This document shows positions 1-12,065 of a stretch of 64,000 nt of DNA, in pieces. Position numbers and translations under genes: made by a program. The stretch spans positions 24,635,821 to 24,699,820 of the forward strand of contig NC_057721.1 of NCBI RefSeq assembly GCF_004010195.1. Direction: 5' to 3'. Numbering within the stretch: the first letter of the stretch is position 1; each line of letters starts with the position of its first letter. The notes beneath the pieces were generated by a model. That model saw nothing but the letters and a program-made list of their open reading frames with translations, was not told the DNA's origin and searched no databases. This DNA comes from Chiloscyllium plagiosum. Its lineage: Eukaryota.

Positions 1-569
1 TAAAAGCATTTGAAGAGTTTTTTGACTAAAGGTAAAAGTGCATTTGCCGTAGTATAAACCATGTATGGGAACAAATTGAATCATTGTCTTGCTACTATCA
101 GTCACAAACCAAAAGCGTGCAGAGAGCATTGAATTGAGTACCAGCTGGCTCTGGCATTATTGCAGTGCAAAATCATAGAATGCTATCTCAACCTTCAACC
201 ACCAGAAAATATGTGTTTAAGGATAGAGTGCTTAGAGAGTCACAGTGCAGTGAGTCAAGATGCTGATCAAAGCTTTGATTGAGAACACACTTCAGGGAAT
301 ACTTATCCCTCTGCAATCGACTTCAAGACAAGTAGATTGTTATTCACATATTGACATTTGCTGTTCAACTTTATCCATTCATACAATAGACTGAAACAGT
401 GCTTTGATTTGCACAGGTAATGTATTTTCCATCAGACCAGTGTGTAAGGAGAGAAAACAAAACTGGCAAAGCCACTTCAAGCTGTGCCTGGGTTATGAGG
501 TTTTGCGAATTCTTTATTATGTATAAATGAGCCGTGAGTGAAAGCTGCTGGAAGCAGATTTAGCGGCTT

Positions 570-710
570 AACGAAAGAAAAGAAATACGGCAGCTGCTGG
601 AAATCTGAAATCAAAAGAGACACTGCTGAATCCGTTCAGAAAGTCAGATAGCACCTGTCAAGAAAGAAATAACATCAACGTTTCTGGTTGATGTCCTTGC
701 ATCAGAATGT
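570..710 (-). mobile_element. Highly decayed PLE terminal fragment (family P3-like)
   Basis: gctgctggaaatctgaaatcaaaa...aacgtttc...catcagaa resembles the arms at 3735 and 60240. Confidence 0.45.
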
Positions 711-1089
711 TTAATCCTCTTCAGAGCAATAGCAATTTTTGTATTAATGAAGTTCTGCCAATTTTCTGGATAACCTGAATGTTGACCTCCAATTTTCTGC
801 CAAGAATTAGCATGTTTACAAAGATTATATAAGATGTACGGACTGGATGATATTTAAATTGGTTTAATGTAAGCTTCTGTGCTGCACACGTCAAGATTGT
901 CAAAGCAGCAGTAGTTACTGATTTTAAAATGAACACATATACCTGTACTACACTTTATGGGGAAGTTTTTTTCTGCTTATGAATGCATCTCAATAGTTTT
1001 GGCAGTAGCAGACAAAAATAAATTTTATTATTTTGTGAGTTTTCTGTCTAACTCATTACTTGTGCTATCCAGTCTGCTGTGTGTTTGTG

Positions 1090-1305
1090 TCAGGAGGTTA
1101 TGGATTCAGGTCCCATGATTGAGTTTTCAACACAAAATAAGATCTCAACAGAGACTTCAGTGTAAAACTGGGGGTATACCACCATGTCAGGCACGCTGTT
1201 CAGATATTAAATCCCATTTGCTTTCATAGGTTGCCATAAAGAGCTCCGTCGCAATATTTCAAAGAACAAGGTTGTTATACCCAGTATCCTGGCTAATATT
1301 TGATT
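1090..1305 (+). mobile_element. Old tRNA-derived SINE fragment (SacSINE1/DeuSINE-like)
   Basis: Degenerate match by eye to the shark Deu-type SINE body (...atatttcaaagaacaagg...tcctggctaatattt). A similar copy lies on the opposite strand near 37900-38110. Confidence 0.45.
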
Positions 1306-2109
1306 GCAAAATTTGGGAGCTTAGTGCCTTTCTGGCGCATGAGATTCTGTTTTGCATCAAAAATGGTGTCTTGTTGCATGTGCACATAGTTTTGATGCTG
1401 GCTGTGCCAATGCCATTTTAGAGAACTTGGTAATGCTGAGGCTAGGAACATACGCTGGAGGTGTGCAGAATAGGCAGATTATGGTGACAGTCAGTGTGAT
1501 ACTAATTTGACTCTCAACACTCCAGCAATTGGCACCTCATAATCTGACACAGCAGAACATGCATTTAGATGAGAAAAAAATTCCTCATCAGCCCCACTAC
1601 TTAAACAGATCTCTTTCAGGTTAGGTTATGACTAATATCTATTAGGTATTGATCCAGTAAGTTGCTGAGTCTGGAGAAGTTTGCACTGTTATTCAAAGTT
1701 GCTGCAGTTTACAGGGGGTAGTGTAACATGTGACTATTTTGATTTTGATTTTAACAGTTCTGTTCACATGACCTTAATCCTGGGTGCTGTAGTTTTTATA
1801 CCCATGCAGCACCCCAGGGAGAATGAGCAGACAAAGCACAGAAAGCAAGCTGTTCAAAGAGGGAGAGGGAGGAAGACCGGTTCTGAGCAGGAGCTCATTT
1901 GAGAAAGCAATTCTTCAACCTCAATTTCAGCCAGTATTAGTCTTCGTTTCATGAAGGAGATGCTCATGTAAATCTGCCAACAGTGTCAGATTGCACACAT
2001 CATTTTCTGAGTGTTGTCCGTACAATCAGAGATGCTGCCCAGGCAGAATGGAGTTGAGCAGAATATTTTGAGGTTTAAGCAATATTTCCACTCCCAGAAT
2101 CGAGCTCTG

Positions 2110-3402
2110 CAGACTTTAACCTCACACCTTCAATGCATTATCTGAGCTGAGATGGCACCTATTGTTAAAGATATCTTGAGAATGTAACTTGAGAAAAGTT
2201 CTGGGATTTACATATGAAGGAACTGAAACTAACGTGGTCATTCTAAAGGATCTGTTGTATCATGCACAACCTTGCCATCACGAAAACATAGCCTTTATCA
2301 ATCAGGCAACATCGGACTGCAGTAACAATGAAAGCAATCTCAAACTCACCATTTGGCAACAGCCCATGCATCATAACTTCCTTCTGTTGCTTGCCATCAC
2401 ACTGTCCCCTGACCATAATGCTGAAATGAAATAAGAGCTCGGCAATACTGAGCAGAGGCTAAGACAACAGATGAATGGACACTATGTAACATTCACCAGC
2501 CAAGAGTGTTCCCTCCCAGTCGGGAAACATTTCAGCAGTCCAGGTCATTCAGCCTTGGACTTTCAGGTGACCATCCTCCCAGGCAGACTTCGGGATAGGC
2601 AACAGTGCAAGGTGGCCGAGCAGAGGCTAATAGCCAAGTTCAGTATCCATGGGGGATGGCCTCAACCGGGACCTTGGGTTCATGTCACACTACAGGTGAC
2701 CCCACTGCACTATACACTTTCTCACCCACAGACACACACAAGCGCACATGCGCGTGGCCACATAGATACACACATGTACACACACACACAGACTCTTTCC
2801 CATATACAAGCTCTCTCTCAAACACTCACACATACATCCCCACACACGAACCCGCGCACAGACTTATACCCCATTACATTCGTACATATACACATACACA
2901 CATACACATGCACTCACTCACTCGGTCTCCCCTGCACACACACACACACACACATGTAAGTTTGTGGGGTTAACTTGTACTTGCAGAATTACATTTTATT
3001 TTGCTCAAAAACGGTATAAATCTATGTAAGATTCTGTAAGTCCCACTTTAGAAATAGAATCAGTCTGACCTAACATTGGGACACAGACAGACTTTAACCT
3101 CACATCTTCAATGCATTATCTGAGTTGAGATGGCACCAATTGTTAAAGACACCTTGAGAATGTAACTTAAAAAAAGTTCTAGGATTTACATATGAAGCAA
3201 CTGAAACTAACATGGTCATTCTAAAGGATGGAGAACTTAAGCTAAATTTGTTTAATATTACATTCCATAACACTGCAATCCTGTTGCTATAAAATCTTTG
3301 TCTTATAATTCTGCCTGATGAAGAAACAGCACTTCGAAAGCTAGTGGTTCCAAATAAATCCGTTGGACTATAACCTGGTGTTGTGTGATTTTTAACTTCA
3401 TA
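2110..3402 (+). mobile_element. 5'-truncated Penelope-like element (family P2): GIY-YIG endonuclease C-terminus, CA-rich 3' region and terminal repeat carrying an HHR motif
   Basis: ORF 2471 reads (LRQQ)MNGH...SLPVGKHFSSPGHSALDFQVTIL...AEQRLIAKF, typical of the PLE GIY-YIG tail. 2110-2251 is a direct repeat of 3088-3229. CTGATGA at 3315 and GAAAGCTA at 3336. Confidence 0.8.
2712..2955. repeat. Imperfect (CA)n-rich low-complexity tract inside the PLE
   Basis: cacagacacacaca...cacacacacacacatg; it explains the HT-rich ORFs. Confidence 0.85.
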
Positions 3403-3567
3403 CAAAAATATTCACACCAACTTTTCTAATCAATTTCCACACAAAAGTCAATTCATCCAACCTTCAATATTTCTTTTGTGCCTGCCATCGGTGAGTATTT
3501 GCATGTGCTATGAAAAGGTAAAGTAATTCTCTATAGTATCAAAAGAGCATTAGATTGCAGTTTCATT

Positions 3568-3722
3568 AGAGAGAGACAACTGATGATGGTTTAATCTGAG
3601 GGCCATGATGCCTTTGGCGAGAGGTGAGGTTGAGAAGGCAGGACCTTTCTGATGACGTAATACAGGAATTGAAACCCACACTGTGGGTGTCACTCTGCAT
3701 TGCAAACCAGCCATCCATTGCA
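3568..3722 (-). mobile_element. Short tRNA-derived SINE
   Basis: Same family as 45245-45410, with a B-box-like GGTTTCAATTCC on the minus strand. Confidence 0.55.
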
Positions 3723-3734
3723 GCAGCCTGGGCA

Positions 3735-3925
3735 GAACAAAAACAGAGATTGCTGGACAATCTCAGCAGGTCTGTCATCAACTGTGGAGAGAAAGCAGTG
3801 ATAATGTTTTGGGACCAGAGGGCCCTTCTGCAGAACAGTTATGAGGAAGGGTCACAACCCAAAACATTAACTTTGATTTCTCTCCACAGATGCTGCCAGA
3901 CCTGCTGAGATTTTCGAGCATCCAC
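3735..3925. mobile_element. Fold-back PLE terminal fragment (family P3) with decayed HHR motifs
   Basis: The arms ctcagcaggtctgtcatcaactgtggagagaaa and tttctctccacagatgctgccagacctgctgag are inverted complements. The centre aTGAGGAAGGGTCACAACCCaaaacatt is a mutated HHR. Confidence 0.75.
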
Positions 3926-4441
3926 AGTTCTTTTGTATTTTTTAACAGTCTGGACAGGCTGATCAGTTGATAGACAACAACAAGGGGCACTGCCATGGGC
4001 CAGTGGGATAGGAGTAGGAATGCTGTCATCAGGCAAGAGGATATCAGGGTTTAATTTGGTGACTGGTGCCTTGGCAAACCTAGCAATGAGTGGAAGATCG
4101 GATTGTTAAACTGGGAGACTTTGGAAGCCCCTTTGAGCACTAGAATCCACAGCAAGAATGAGAGCATTTTGAGATTTTCTGAATTCGTTGTTGCACTCAG
4201 ACATTCGGAAGATTTTCGTGCTGGATTGGAAGTTGAGTGATCACTTCAGTGTGGTGATAATGGAATTACATCCCACTTCCAAATTAGGAAGGACAAGTTC
4301 CAATTTCCATACAAACTGTGTGTAAAACTGATTACAAACACATCCAAGTTCACAACATTCGCTGCAGGCGTTTTGGCAAAACTGCCAATGTGGCAAGCGT
4401 TTCAGTACACCTACACATTTCAGCAGTCAGCAACCTTCCAG

Positions 4442-5100
4442 GAGATGAAAGTGCGGACTGCAGATGCTGGAGATTAGAGTAAAGATTAGAGTGGTGTTGG
4501 AAAAGCACAGCAGGTCAGGCAACATCTGAGGAGCAGGAAAATCGACTTTTTGGGCAGGATCCCTTCCTCAGGAATGAGGCTGGGAGCCTCGTGTTAGAGA
4601 GATAAATGGGAGGGGGGTGGTGGGGAGGTAGCTGAGAGTGTAATGGGTGTATAGAGGTGGGGGTGAAGGTGATAGTTCAGAGAGGAGGGTGGAGTGGATA
4701 GGTGGGAAGGAAGATTGACAGGTGGGACAGATCATGAGGGCGGTGCTGAGCTGGAAGGTTGGAACTTGGGTAAGGTGGGGGGAGGGGAAATGAGGAAATT
4801 GGTGAAGTCCACATTGATGCCCTGGGATTGAAGTGTTCCGAGGCGGAAGATGGAGGTGTTCTTCCTCCAGGTATTGGGTGGTGAGGGAGTGGTGGTGGAG
4901 GAGGCCCAGGACCTGCATGTCCTCGGCAGAGTGGGAGGGGGAGTTGAAATGTTCGGCCACGGGACGGTGGGGTTGGTTGGTGTGGGTGTCCCGGAGATGG
5001 TCCTTGAAGTGCTCTGCAAGAAGGTGTCCAGTGTCCCCAATGTAAAGGAGACCACATCGGGAGCAACGGATACAATAAATTACATTGGTGGAAGTGCAAG
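4442..5100 (-). mobile_element. 5'-truncated PLE (family P1) with GIY-YIG C-terminus
   Basis: Minus-strand frames give CNLLYPLLP../AEHFNSPSHSAEDMQVLGLL../IFRLGTLQSQGINVDFTNF. The terminal repeat has a decayed HHR at about 4541-4577. Confidence 0.85.
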
Positions 5101-5249
5101 AGCCATGCTACAGCCGTTGAAGAAGCACTCCATAGGTGCACTACTTTTTCAATGCACGGCCCAATCAAAATGCTCATCTGAATCTCCTGGCACAAAACTG
5201 TGGTTCAAACCTATAATCTGGTGAGCTAACCCCTCCTGTTCTCTATTTT

Positions 5250-6260
5250 CCCTTTCCTCTCTGCTCTATCTGCAGCTTGTTCATGCTCAGTACCTGACCA
5301 TGTGTAGACTCATTTCTCACCTAGCCTCTACCCTATGGGCAGTGTCATATCTGAGCCAGTGGCTGTGAATGTAAGATGAAGTGATAATGTTCCTTCTTCC
5401 TTATTGCTTTCCTGATATTACACACCTTGCTCTTCTACTGGTGCCTCGTCAAATTACAGTTCTTGGGCATTTGAAAGGAGAAAAGCACAAGGGTAGGATT
5501 GTTAAGGGCATTGGTTTGAGGTAGGTGGGAAATGAGACCTAAACATTTCACACATCTGCAGCTTCTATATCCTGAGAGTTTGTGGGATAAGGGGGAAATG
5601 AAATGTGGCATAAAGGATTAGTTAGGAGCATACAGTCAGCTTCCAATGCATTCAACGCCCCCTTCTGCTGATCACAGACATAGTCATGAGAGTTTTGTTG
5701 GTGGTACTCACTCTGTTCCATTGCAGTCAGGACGTGGAGCTGTGCTGGTTAACTCCTGCAGCCTCAGATCGAGCATCACCTTGTCCTGCAAGAGTAAGGG
5801 CAGTGTATCAGTGAGTGAATGTCAGTACATTTAGAAGATGTCACACTTGAACACGTGAGCATGTGTACAAGCTGTCAGGTGTGGGTGTAAGGCTTGAAGC
5901 AGAGATGTGTGTCTGAAGGTGAGGTAAAGCTATTCATTTCAAGTGTGAGTTGTGATTGATGGAAATTGTTGGTAGGACAGTGATGGGGGCATAGTGTATT
6001 GAGCATTTTTCATGATATAGCTGGTGGGAAATGGTAATAGAAAATGTATTCACTGACTATGATCACTCATGAAGACTTAAAATTTATTTTAATTCATGCT
6101 TCAGTACCTTGAGAAATATGCTCTTGCCATTGATTGCAGTGGCAAATCCCACTACCTTCTCAATGCCTCTCTTAATTGCCCACAGACAGACCAACTTCCT
6201 CCCCTTCTGCACCAATATGTCGACATATCTAGTGCAAGCTCAGAATGCTGGAACCTAGTT
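5250..6260 (-). mobile_element. Probable PIF/Harbinger Myb/SANT-protein gene fossil
   Basis: The minus strand near 6265-6070 gives a degenerate ATRFQHSEL...W...-type N-terminus resembling Harbinger Myb-like ORFs. Heavily decayed, and the boundaries are approximate. Confidence 0.3.
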
Positions 6261-6425
6261 GCTCCTGTATTGTACCATTTTCACTCTGTTTGCAGGTTAG
6301 ACACACTTCCTTAGCTAATTAGGGTACCTATTTCATTTCACAGCTCTGCACAAGTGCGCAGCTACTTGTATTGCCTTGCTGACTGTGTAACTGGTATTCC
6401 AGGTAGTGATGGTATTGGAGGGCAC

Positions 6426-6887
6426 AAATGAGGACTGGAGATGCTGGAAACCAGAGTAGAGATCAGACTGGTGCTGGAAAAGCACAGCAGGTCAGACAGC
6501 ATCCGAAGGGCAGGAAAATCGATGTTTTGGGCAAAAGCCCGTCAGGGTGGAGAGACAAATGAGGAGGGGGGGGAATTCTGGGGAGAAGGTAGCAAAGAGT
6601 ACAATAGGTGAATGGGGGTGGGGATGGAAGTGATAGGTCAGAGGGGAGGGTGGAGCAGATAGATGGGAAGGAAGATTGGCAGGTAGGACAGGTCATGAGG
6701 ATGGTGCTGAGCTGGAAGTTTGGAACTGGGTAAGGTGGGGGGAGGGGAAATGAGGAAACTGGTGAAGTCTACATTGATGCCCTGGGGTTGAAGTGTTCCG
6801 AGGCGGACGATGAGGCATTCTTCCTCCGGGCGCCGGGTGGTGAGGGAGCGGCGGTGAAGGAGGCCCAGGCATGTCCTCGGCAGTGGG
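6426..6887 (-). mobile_element. 5'-truncated PLE (family P1)
   Basis: Near-copy of 4442-4930. ORF 6638-6970 contains RRPEEECLIVRLGTLQPQGINVDFTSF. Confidence 0.85.
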
Positions 6888-7117
6888 CACTGAGTAAGGG
6901 AACTCAGCAATGCTGTGAGAACACCACCAGCAGATGGCAATAGTGAGGCAGGGCAGCAGAAACAGTCCACTAGATTCTTTCTTGAAATGAAAGTGTCTTT
7001 GGTAGAGAAAGGGCTGATAAGAAGTGTGGGTAGCTAGAGAAGTCCAACAGACTCTTACGTGAAATTAAAGTGTCTTTAGTGGAGAAAGGATTGATGGGAA
7101 GGAAGTAGAGATCAAAT

Positions 7118-7298
7118 TCCTTCCATGTACAAAGTTAAAAATCACACAAGGTGGTTGTGGAGTACTGATGAAGGAGCAGCACTCTGAAAGCTGGTGCTTC
7201 CAATTAAACCTGTTGGACTATAACCTGGTGTTGCATGATTTTTAACTTTGTACACCCCAGTCCAACACCAGCACCTCCACATCATCCTTCCATGTACA
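7118..7298 (+). mobile_element. Mini-PLE (family P2) insertion with a short inverted 5' end and 14-bp TSD
   Basis: tccttccatgtaca at 7118-7131 and 7285-7298. gtacaaagttaaaaatca is inverted against tgatttttaactttgtac. CTGATGA at 7165, GAAA at 7186. Confidence 0.85.
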
Positions 7299-8549
7299 TA
7301 GTGTATATTATTCTTGTTTATCCTTAGTTTTTCTTTTTGTTTGCGTTGATCCGTATTGAATTTTAAAAATCCCTGCTTCATTATCTTTGAGTTGTATGAG
7401 TGTTCAAACTTTATGTTGCACGTGTAAGCCTCCATGCAACAATTCCCAAATTTACTTCCTGTGGCATAAGACACAGCATCTTTAGGTTAATTACATATTG
7501 CAAAACCACACCCTATTTTCTGACTTTGTGTTTTGCAGCTGTTTTTTCACAGTCAACATGATGTAAACAACTGACCTAGTTAATATTATTCTGTTAATTA
7601 TGGGATCTTGCTAAGAACAAAGTGGCTGCCATGTTTCTGACATGACAATAGCAACTGCACTTTAAAGGCACTATCGTGACTGTACATTAATTTGGGGCAT
7701 CTTGTGGTTCTGATAACCGCAATAGAATTAGAAGTCTTTTCTAAGTGTTCATTCTGCAGATTTCTTGGAAAATGGAGTGGAATGCTTTCTGATATTCAAG
7801 CTACATCATTTGTGTAACTTGAAGTCCTACAATGTGTTTCCAGATCGCAGTCTGGCCTACCCAAAGGGATGCATGGCTAGCATCAACTGAGTTGAGACCT
7901 ATTCCTGTCACCTGTCCCAATCTTCCCAGGAATTGGCAGTGACCCTCAGTAGTCTGCAGCACTGAAGTGAATCAGCCTATTAAGTGAGGAAATTGGAAAT
8001 TCAAACCTCATCAAACCCATTATAGATCCACTTGTGTTCATTTCTGTTCACTCAGTAATTTTAGACATAGATGATTGGATAAAACATTTTCGTAACATAG
8101 TAGTCCATTTATAGCTACCTTTAATTTCTAGTACTCCAGCAGTCTGCTGCACCAAAAGTCACAAAGTGGGTGCAATATTAGAAAAAAAATTGTTTCTCAC
8201 TTTCCAAAATTGCTGTGCGCAGGAAGTTTTATCATTCTTTTTGTTTCAGTGATTCAACATAAATGGACTGTTTGGAGTAAAATGGCAACCAAAATCAGGG
8301 AGTACATGTTTATGCTTAAATGCCAGTTTCAGTATGTAGGAAGGTCATTCGGAGCAAAAGCCAAGGTGGCAGTTCACACAGATGAAGGGTATTAGATAAA
8401 TATGGCTCTTACACTCTTGTTTGTTGAGGGGCACATTTAAATACTTCAAAAACATCCCTTAAAAGTTTTCCTTTTTTTTACATTTACTTAAGTTTGGGTG
8501 AGTTGTCTAGTGGCAGAAAGCAAGATAACTTTTCCATTTGTTCTTTTGA

Positions 8550-9560
8550 ACATACCATAAAGAATAGGAACAGGATTAGGTCATTTGATATTAAAACCAC
8601 ACCCATCCCCCATCCCCCACCCCTTTGCCTTCCAATAAGATATGGCTCCTCTTTCATGTCAGCTCATCAATTCTTCAAAATTTCAAAACTCTATCTGCCT
8701 CTTCTTTAAAATCTGCCTTCCACAACTCTTTGTGGGAGAGAATTTCAGACATTCACTACACTCTGGGAGAAGAAATTCTTTCACATCACAGTGTTAACTG
8801 AATGACCTCTTGTTCTGTTATTATGTCCCTTCTCAACACCTTCTCAACATCTACCTTGTCAAGGCTCCTTATATTTGTCAGTAATGTTACCTCTCATTCT
8901 TTTAAACTCTAATGAACAAAGGCTTAACCTGTTGTGAGCCATTCTTGATAAATCAACCTCTTTTTCCCATAGATGGCCTAGTGAATCTCTTTAGATCTGC
9001 CTCTGATGCCAGAATATCCTTTCTTAAATGCCAGGACAAAAACTGTACACAGTATTCCAGACGTGACCACTCCCAACACACTACAGTTGTAACAAGTCTT
9101 TCCTACTTTTAAACTCCAACCGCCGAGCATTAGGGGCCAAAATCCCATTTGTCGTCTTAATTACAAGCAGCACCTTTTCATGCACAAGAACATCCAGCTC
9201 CCTCTCTGTTACCTTTTTTTGAGGGACTTCTTCCATTTAAATAATAGTCTACCTTTTCATTCTTCCTACCAAGGTGCATGATTTTGTGCTTTCTTGCATT
9301 GGACTTCATCTGCAAATACACTGACAGCTCTTTGCCCACTGTCTCAAGCCTAAGACCACTTGTAGATTCTTTATCTCCTCATCACAACATGCCCTCTCAT
9401 TTATTTTTATGTCATTTGCAAATTTGGATACATTATATTTTGCCCCCTCACCTAAATCATTAATATAGCTAGTTAATAATTGTGGCTTTTGGATTAACCC
9501 TTGTGGCACTCCACTAGTTATACACATTTTTCCAACCTGAAAAAGACCCTTTCATCATGA
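8550..9560 (-). mobile_element. Old CR1-clade LINE 3' fragment
   Basis: Minus ORF 9306-9527 ITSGVPQGL..QLLTSYINDL...VSKFANDIKI is a decayed CR1 RT (motifs QG and YADD-like). Confidence 0.8.
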
Positions 9561-11234
9561 ATCTTCTATGAGTCTGACTTGCCTCTTGTTGGTGCTTCAT
9601 TTTCATATGATAATTGGATGGGTAGAGGTGTTTTTCCAATCTATTAAATTGTTGATTTGTTGGACATGCAGACTCTTAAAACAACACAAGCTTAGTCCTG
9701 AAGTGATGGTATCATAAAGGAATCACAGAATTCTACCATAGAAAATAAGGCCTTTTGTCCCATCATATCTGTACTGGCTCCTGAAAGAGCTAGCCATTCT
9801 CCAGCCCTATCTTCCTTGTCCTCTGACTTCATCACTTTCAAATATATATCCACCTATCTTTTGAGCTCCTATGATATTTGAAAGAATTTGGAACAATGCT
9901 TTTGATAACCTGGGAGATCAGGTATTTCAGTGAGTTGCTCTGCTGGCCGGCTTTCAATCAGGGCTAAGACGCACAGCTGACTATGTTGTTTTCTATTTCC
10001 TGGGTTTTGCCAACCTTCTGATTAACCTTATTGTCTTGTCTGGCACTAATTCATACATTAAGAGTGTTCAGTAAGCTATAGTATCCACATGAGTCAACTG
10101 CTAGTTGTAATGAAATCCTATGCTTGTGATCTTTCTAGATTTTTGTGAATACACTCAGTTTTGACTTTGGAGGTGTCACAGTCCATCAGTTGGTCACGAA
10201 ATGTCCTCCTATACTGGCCCGTCCTTGCCCCTTAACTACGCATTCAAAAACTACTCATTCATTGACTGTGGAACTGTCCTATGCATGAATTAGTTGCTGC
10301 ACTTTCCTCAGTAACAGTGACAATTGTTCTTCAAAACCAGCTGATTGAATTCAAAGTGGTTTGGCAGGTTCTGAAGGTGTGAAAAGTACCATGTGAGTGT
10401 TTTGTTCTTTATTGGTATACTGAATAATCCCAAATTTATTTTCTGTCCCAAAGCTTTCAGACAGTTGTGGCAGTCTCATTGCATATGCAAATCAGTGTTC
10501 TCCTTCTGGTTATAAATGGGTGAAGTGGATCATTTCAGTGGGTGATAGAGGAGAGGAATAGGGATAAGTGTGAAATTATGAAAATACGGACCATGATGTT
10601 TATCGAAATCCATTCAAAGTAGCAACATTAGGTCTGATTTTCCTTTGAAATTATGCACTTTGGGTAGTCAGGAATGGTAATCAGAGCCAGTTCCTTTTTA
10701 ATTTGCTGGCCTGTTGCACCCATCTAATGTCAATTCTGTGGAATGCTGGAAGTGCCAACTCAAGGGTAGAGACAGTTAAAAAAGATGATAATGATGGAGC
10801 AAAAATATAAATTATACTTACTGCTGTCACCATGACTACACCGCACGTACGTATACAACAGACGTTGAGTATTGCGAGGACTGAGTGACACCACAAAGAT
10901 AAATTTTAAAAACCCATCACAGAGAGTCCATTCAATCATCAGGTGCTTGATTTGCACTCCCTGCTTGAGTATTTATTTATTTATGTTTGATCATTATTTA
11001 TCAGAGGCCCGGTGTGTCTCTTGTTTATCCTGTTGTGAGCCCCAGTCTGCAACAGTAAGGGTTATCTGCTTCTGCCAGGAACTCAATGGGCAGAACAAAG
11101 TGTCTGTATTTTTAACAATCTGCTTGTTTTCTGATTCTTGCCAAAACATTGATGCCAGTTTCATTCAGTTTTCCTTCCCTTTGCCATTTTTTCTCTTAAG
11201 GCAGGCAATTTTCACTTGTTTGACCTGGTGCTAA

Positions 11235-11450
11235 AAAGTGTGGCGCTGGAAAAGCACAGCAAGTCAGGCAGCATCTGAGGAGCAGAAGAGTCAATGTTTC
11301 AGGCATAAGCCCTCCATTCCTGATGAAGGGCTTATGCCAGAAACTTCGACTCTCCTTCCCCTCGGATGCTGCCTGACCTGCTGTGCTTTTCCAGCAACGT
11401 TCTTTTTGACTCTGACTCTCCAGCATCTGCAGTCCTCACTTTCTCCTGGT
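11235..11450. mobile_element. Fold-back mini-PLE (family P1) with HHR motif
   Basis: About 80-bp inverted arms centred near 11316. CTGATGA-A-GGGC-TTAT-GCCA-GAAA at 11320-11343. Possible TSD ctggtgctaa/ctggtgttaa (11225-11234, 11451-11460). Confidence 0.85.
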
Positions 11451-11838
11451 CTGGTGTTAAGTCAAGGACCCTAAAAGGGTCTTCTCTTCACTTTTCATGG
11501 TGATGAAGAAACTGGGCCTATTTTCTGTAGCGCCAATCATTGGGCACCCCCTGTTTTGGTTAGAGGGTCCATCACCACATGCAAATGTCATTTTTTTGAA
11601 AAACTTGACCAGTGGATATGCTGTATGCATTGGAACCATTTATACAAGTGATAGAACTAAGAGGACCATTCCAACACACTGTGAAGTAATGTAAGCGCCA
11701 ACTGCACCAAGGCAGTTCACAGTCCACCACCCACTCCAATATGATCAGAAACCATCAATGTATATATTGTATGATCAGGGTCAGATGTAATTGACCAGTC
11801 TTAATCCATAACAGGATGCTCATTTGGCTCCCTGTAAG

Positions 11839-12065
11839 CGAAAGTGAGGACTACAGATGCTGGAGATCAGAGTCTGGATTAGAGTGGTGGTGGAAAAGCA
11901 CAGCAGGTCAGGCAGGATCTGAGGAGCAGGACAATCAATGTTTCGGGAAAAAGCCCTTCATCAGGAATGCTGATGTGAAGGGCTTTTGCCTGAAACGTCA
12001 ATTTTCCTGCTCCTTGGATGTTGTCTGACCTGCTTTGCTTTTCCACCACCACTATAATCTAGTCT
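11839..12065. mobile_element. Fold-back mini-PLE (family P1)
   Basis: The arms gattagagtggtggtggaaaagcacagcaggtcag and ctgacctgctttgcttttccaccaccactataatc are inverted. Decayed HHR motifs on both strands. Confidence 0.85.

Noticed and set aside
2605-2973. His/Thr-rich ORFs
   Set aside because: Translation of a CA microsatellite.
6981-7103. Short imperfect direct repeat (gaaat.aaagtgtcttt.gt.gagaaagg)
   Set aside because: Two diverged copies only; ordinary local duplication with no further signal.
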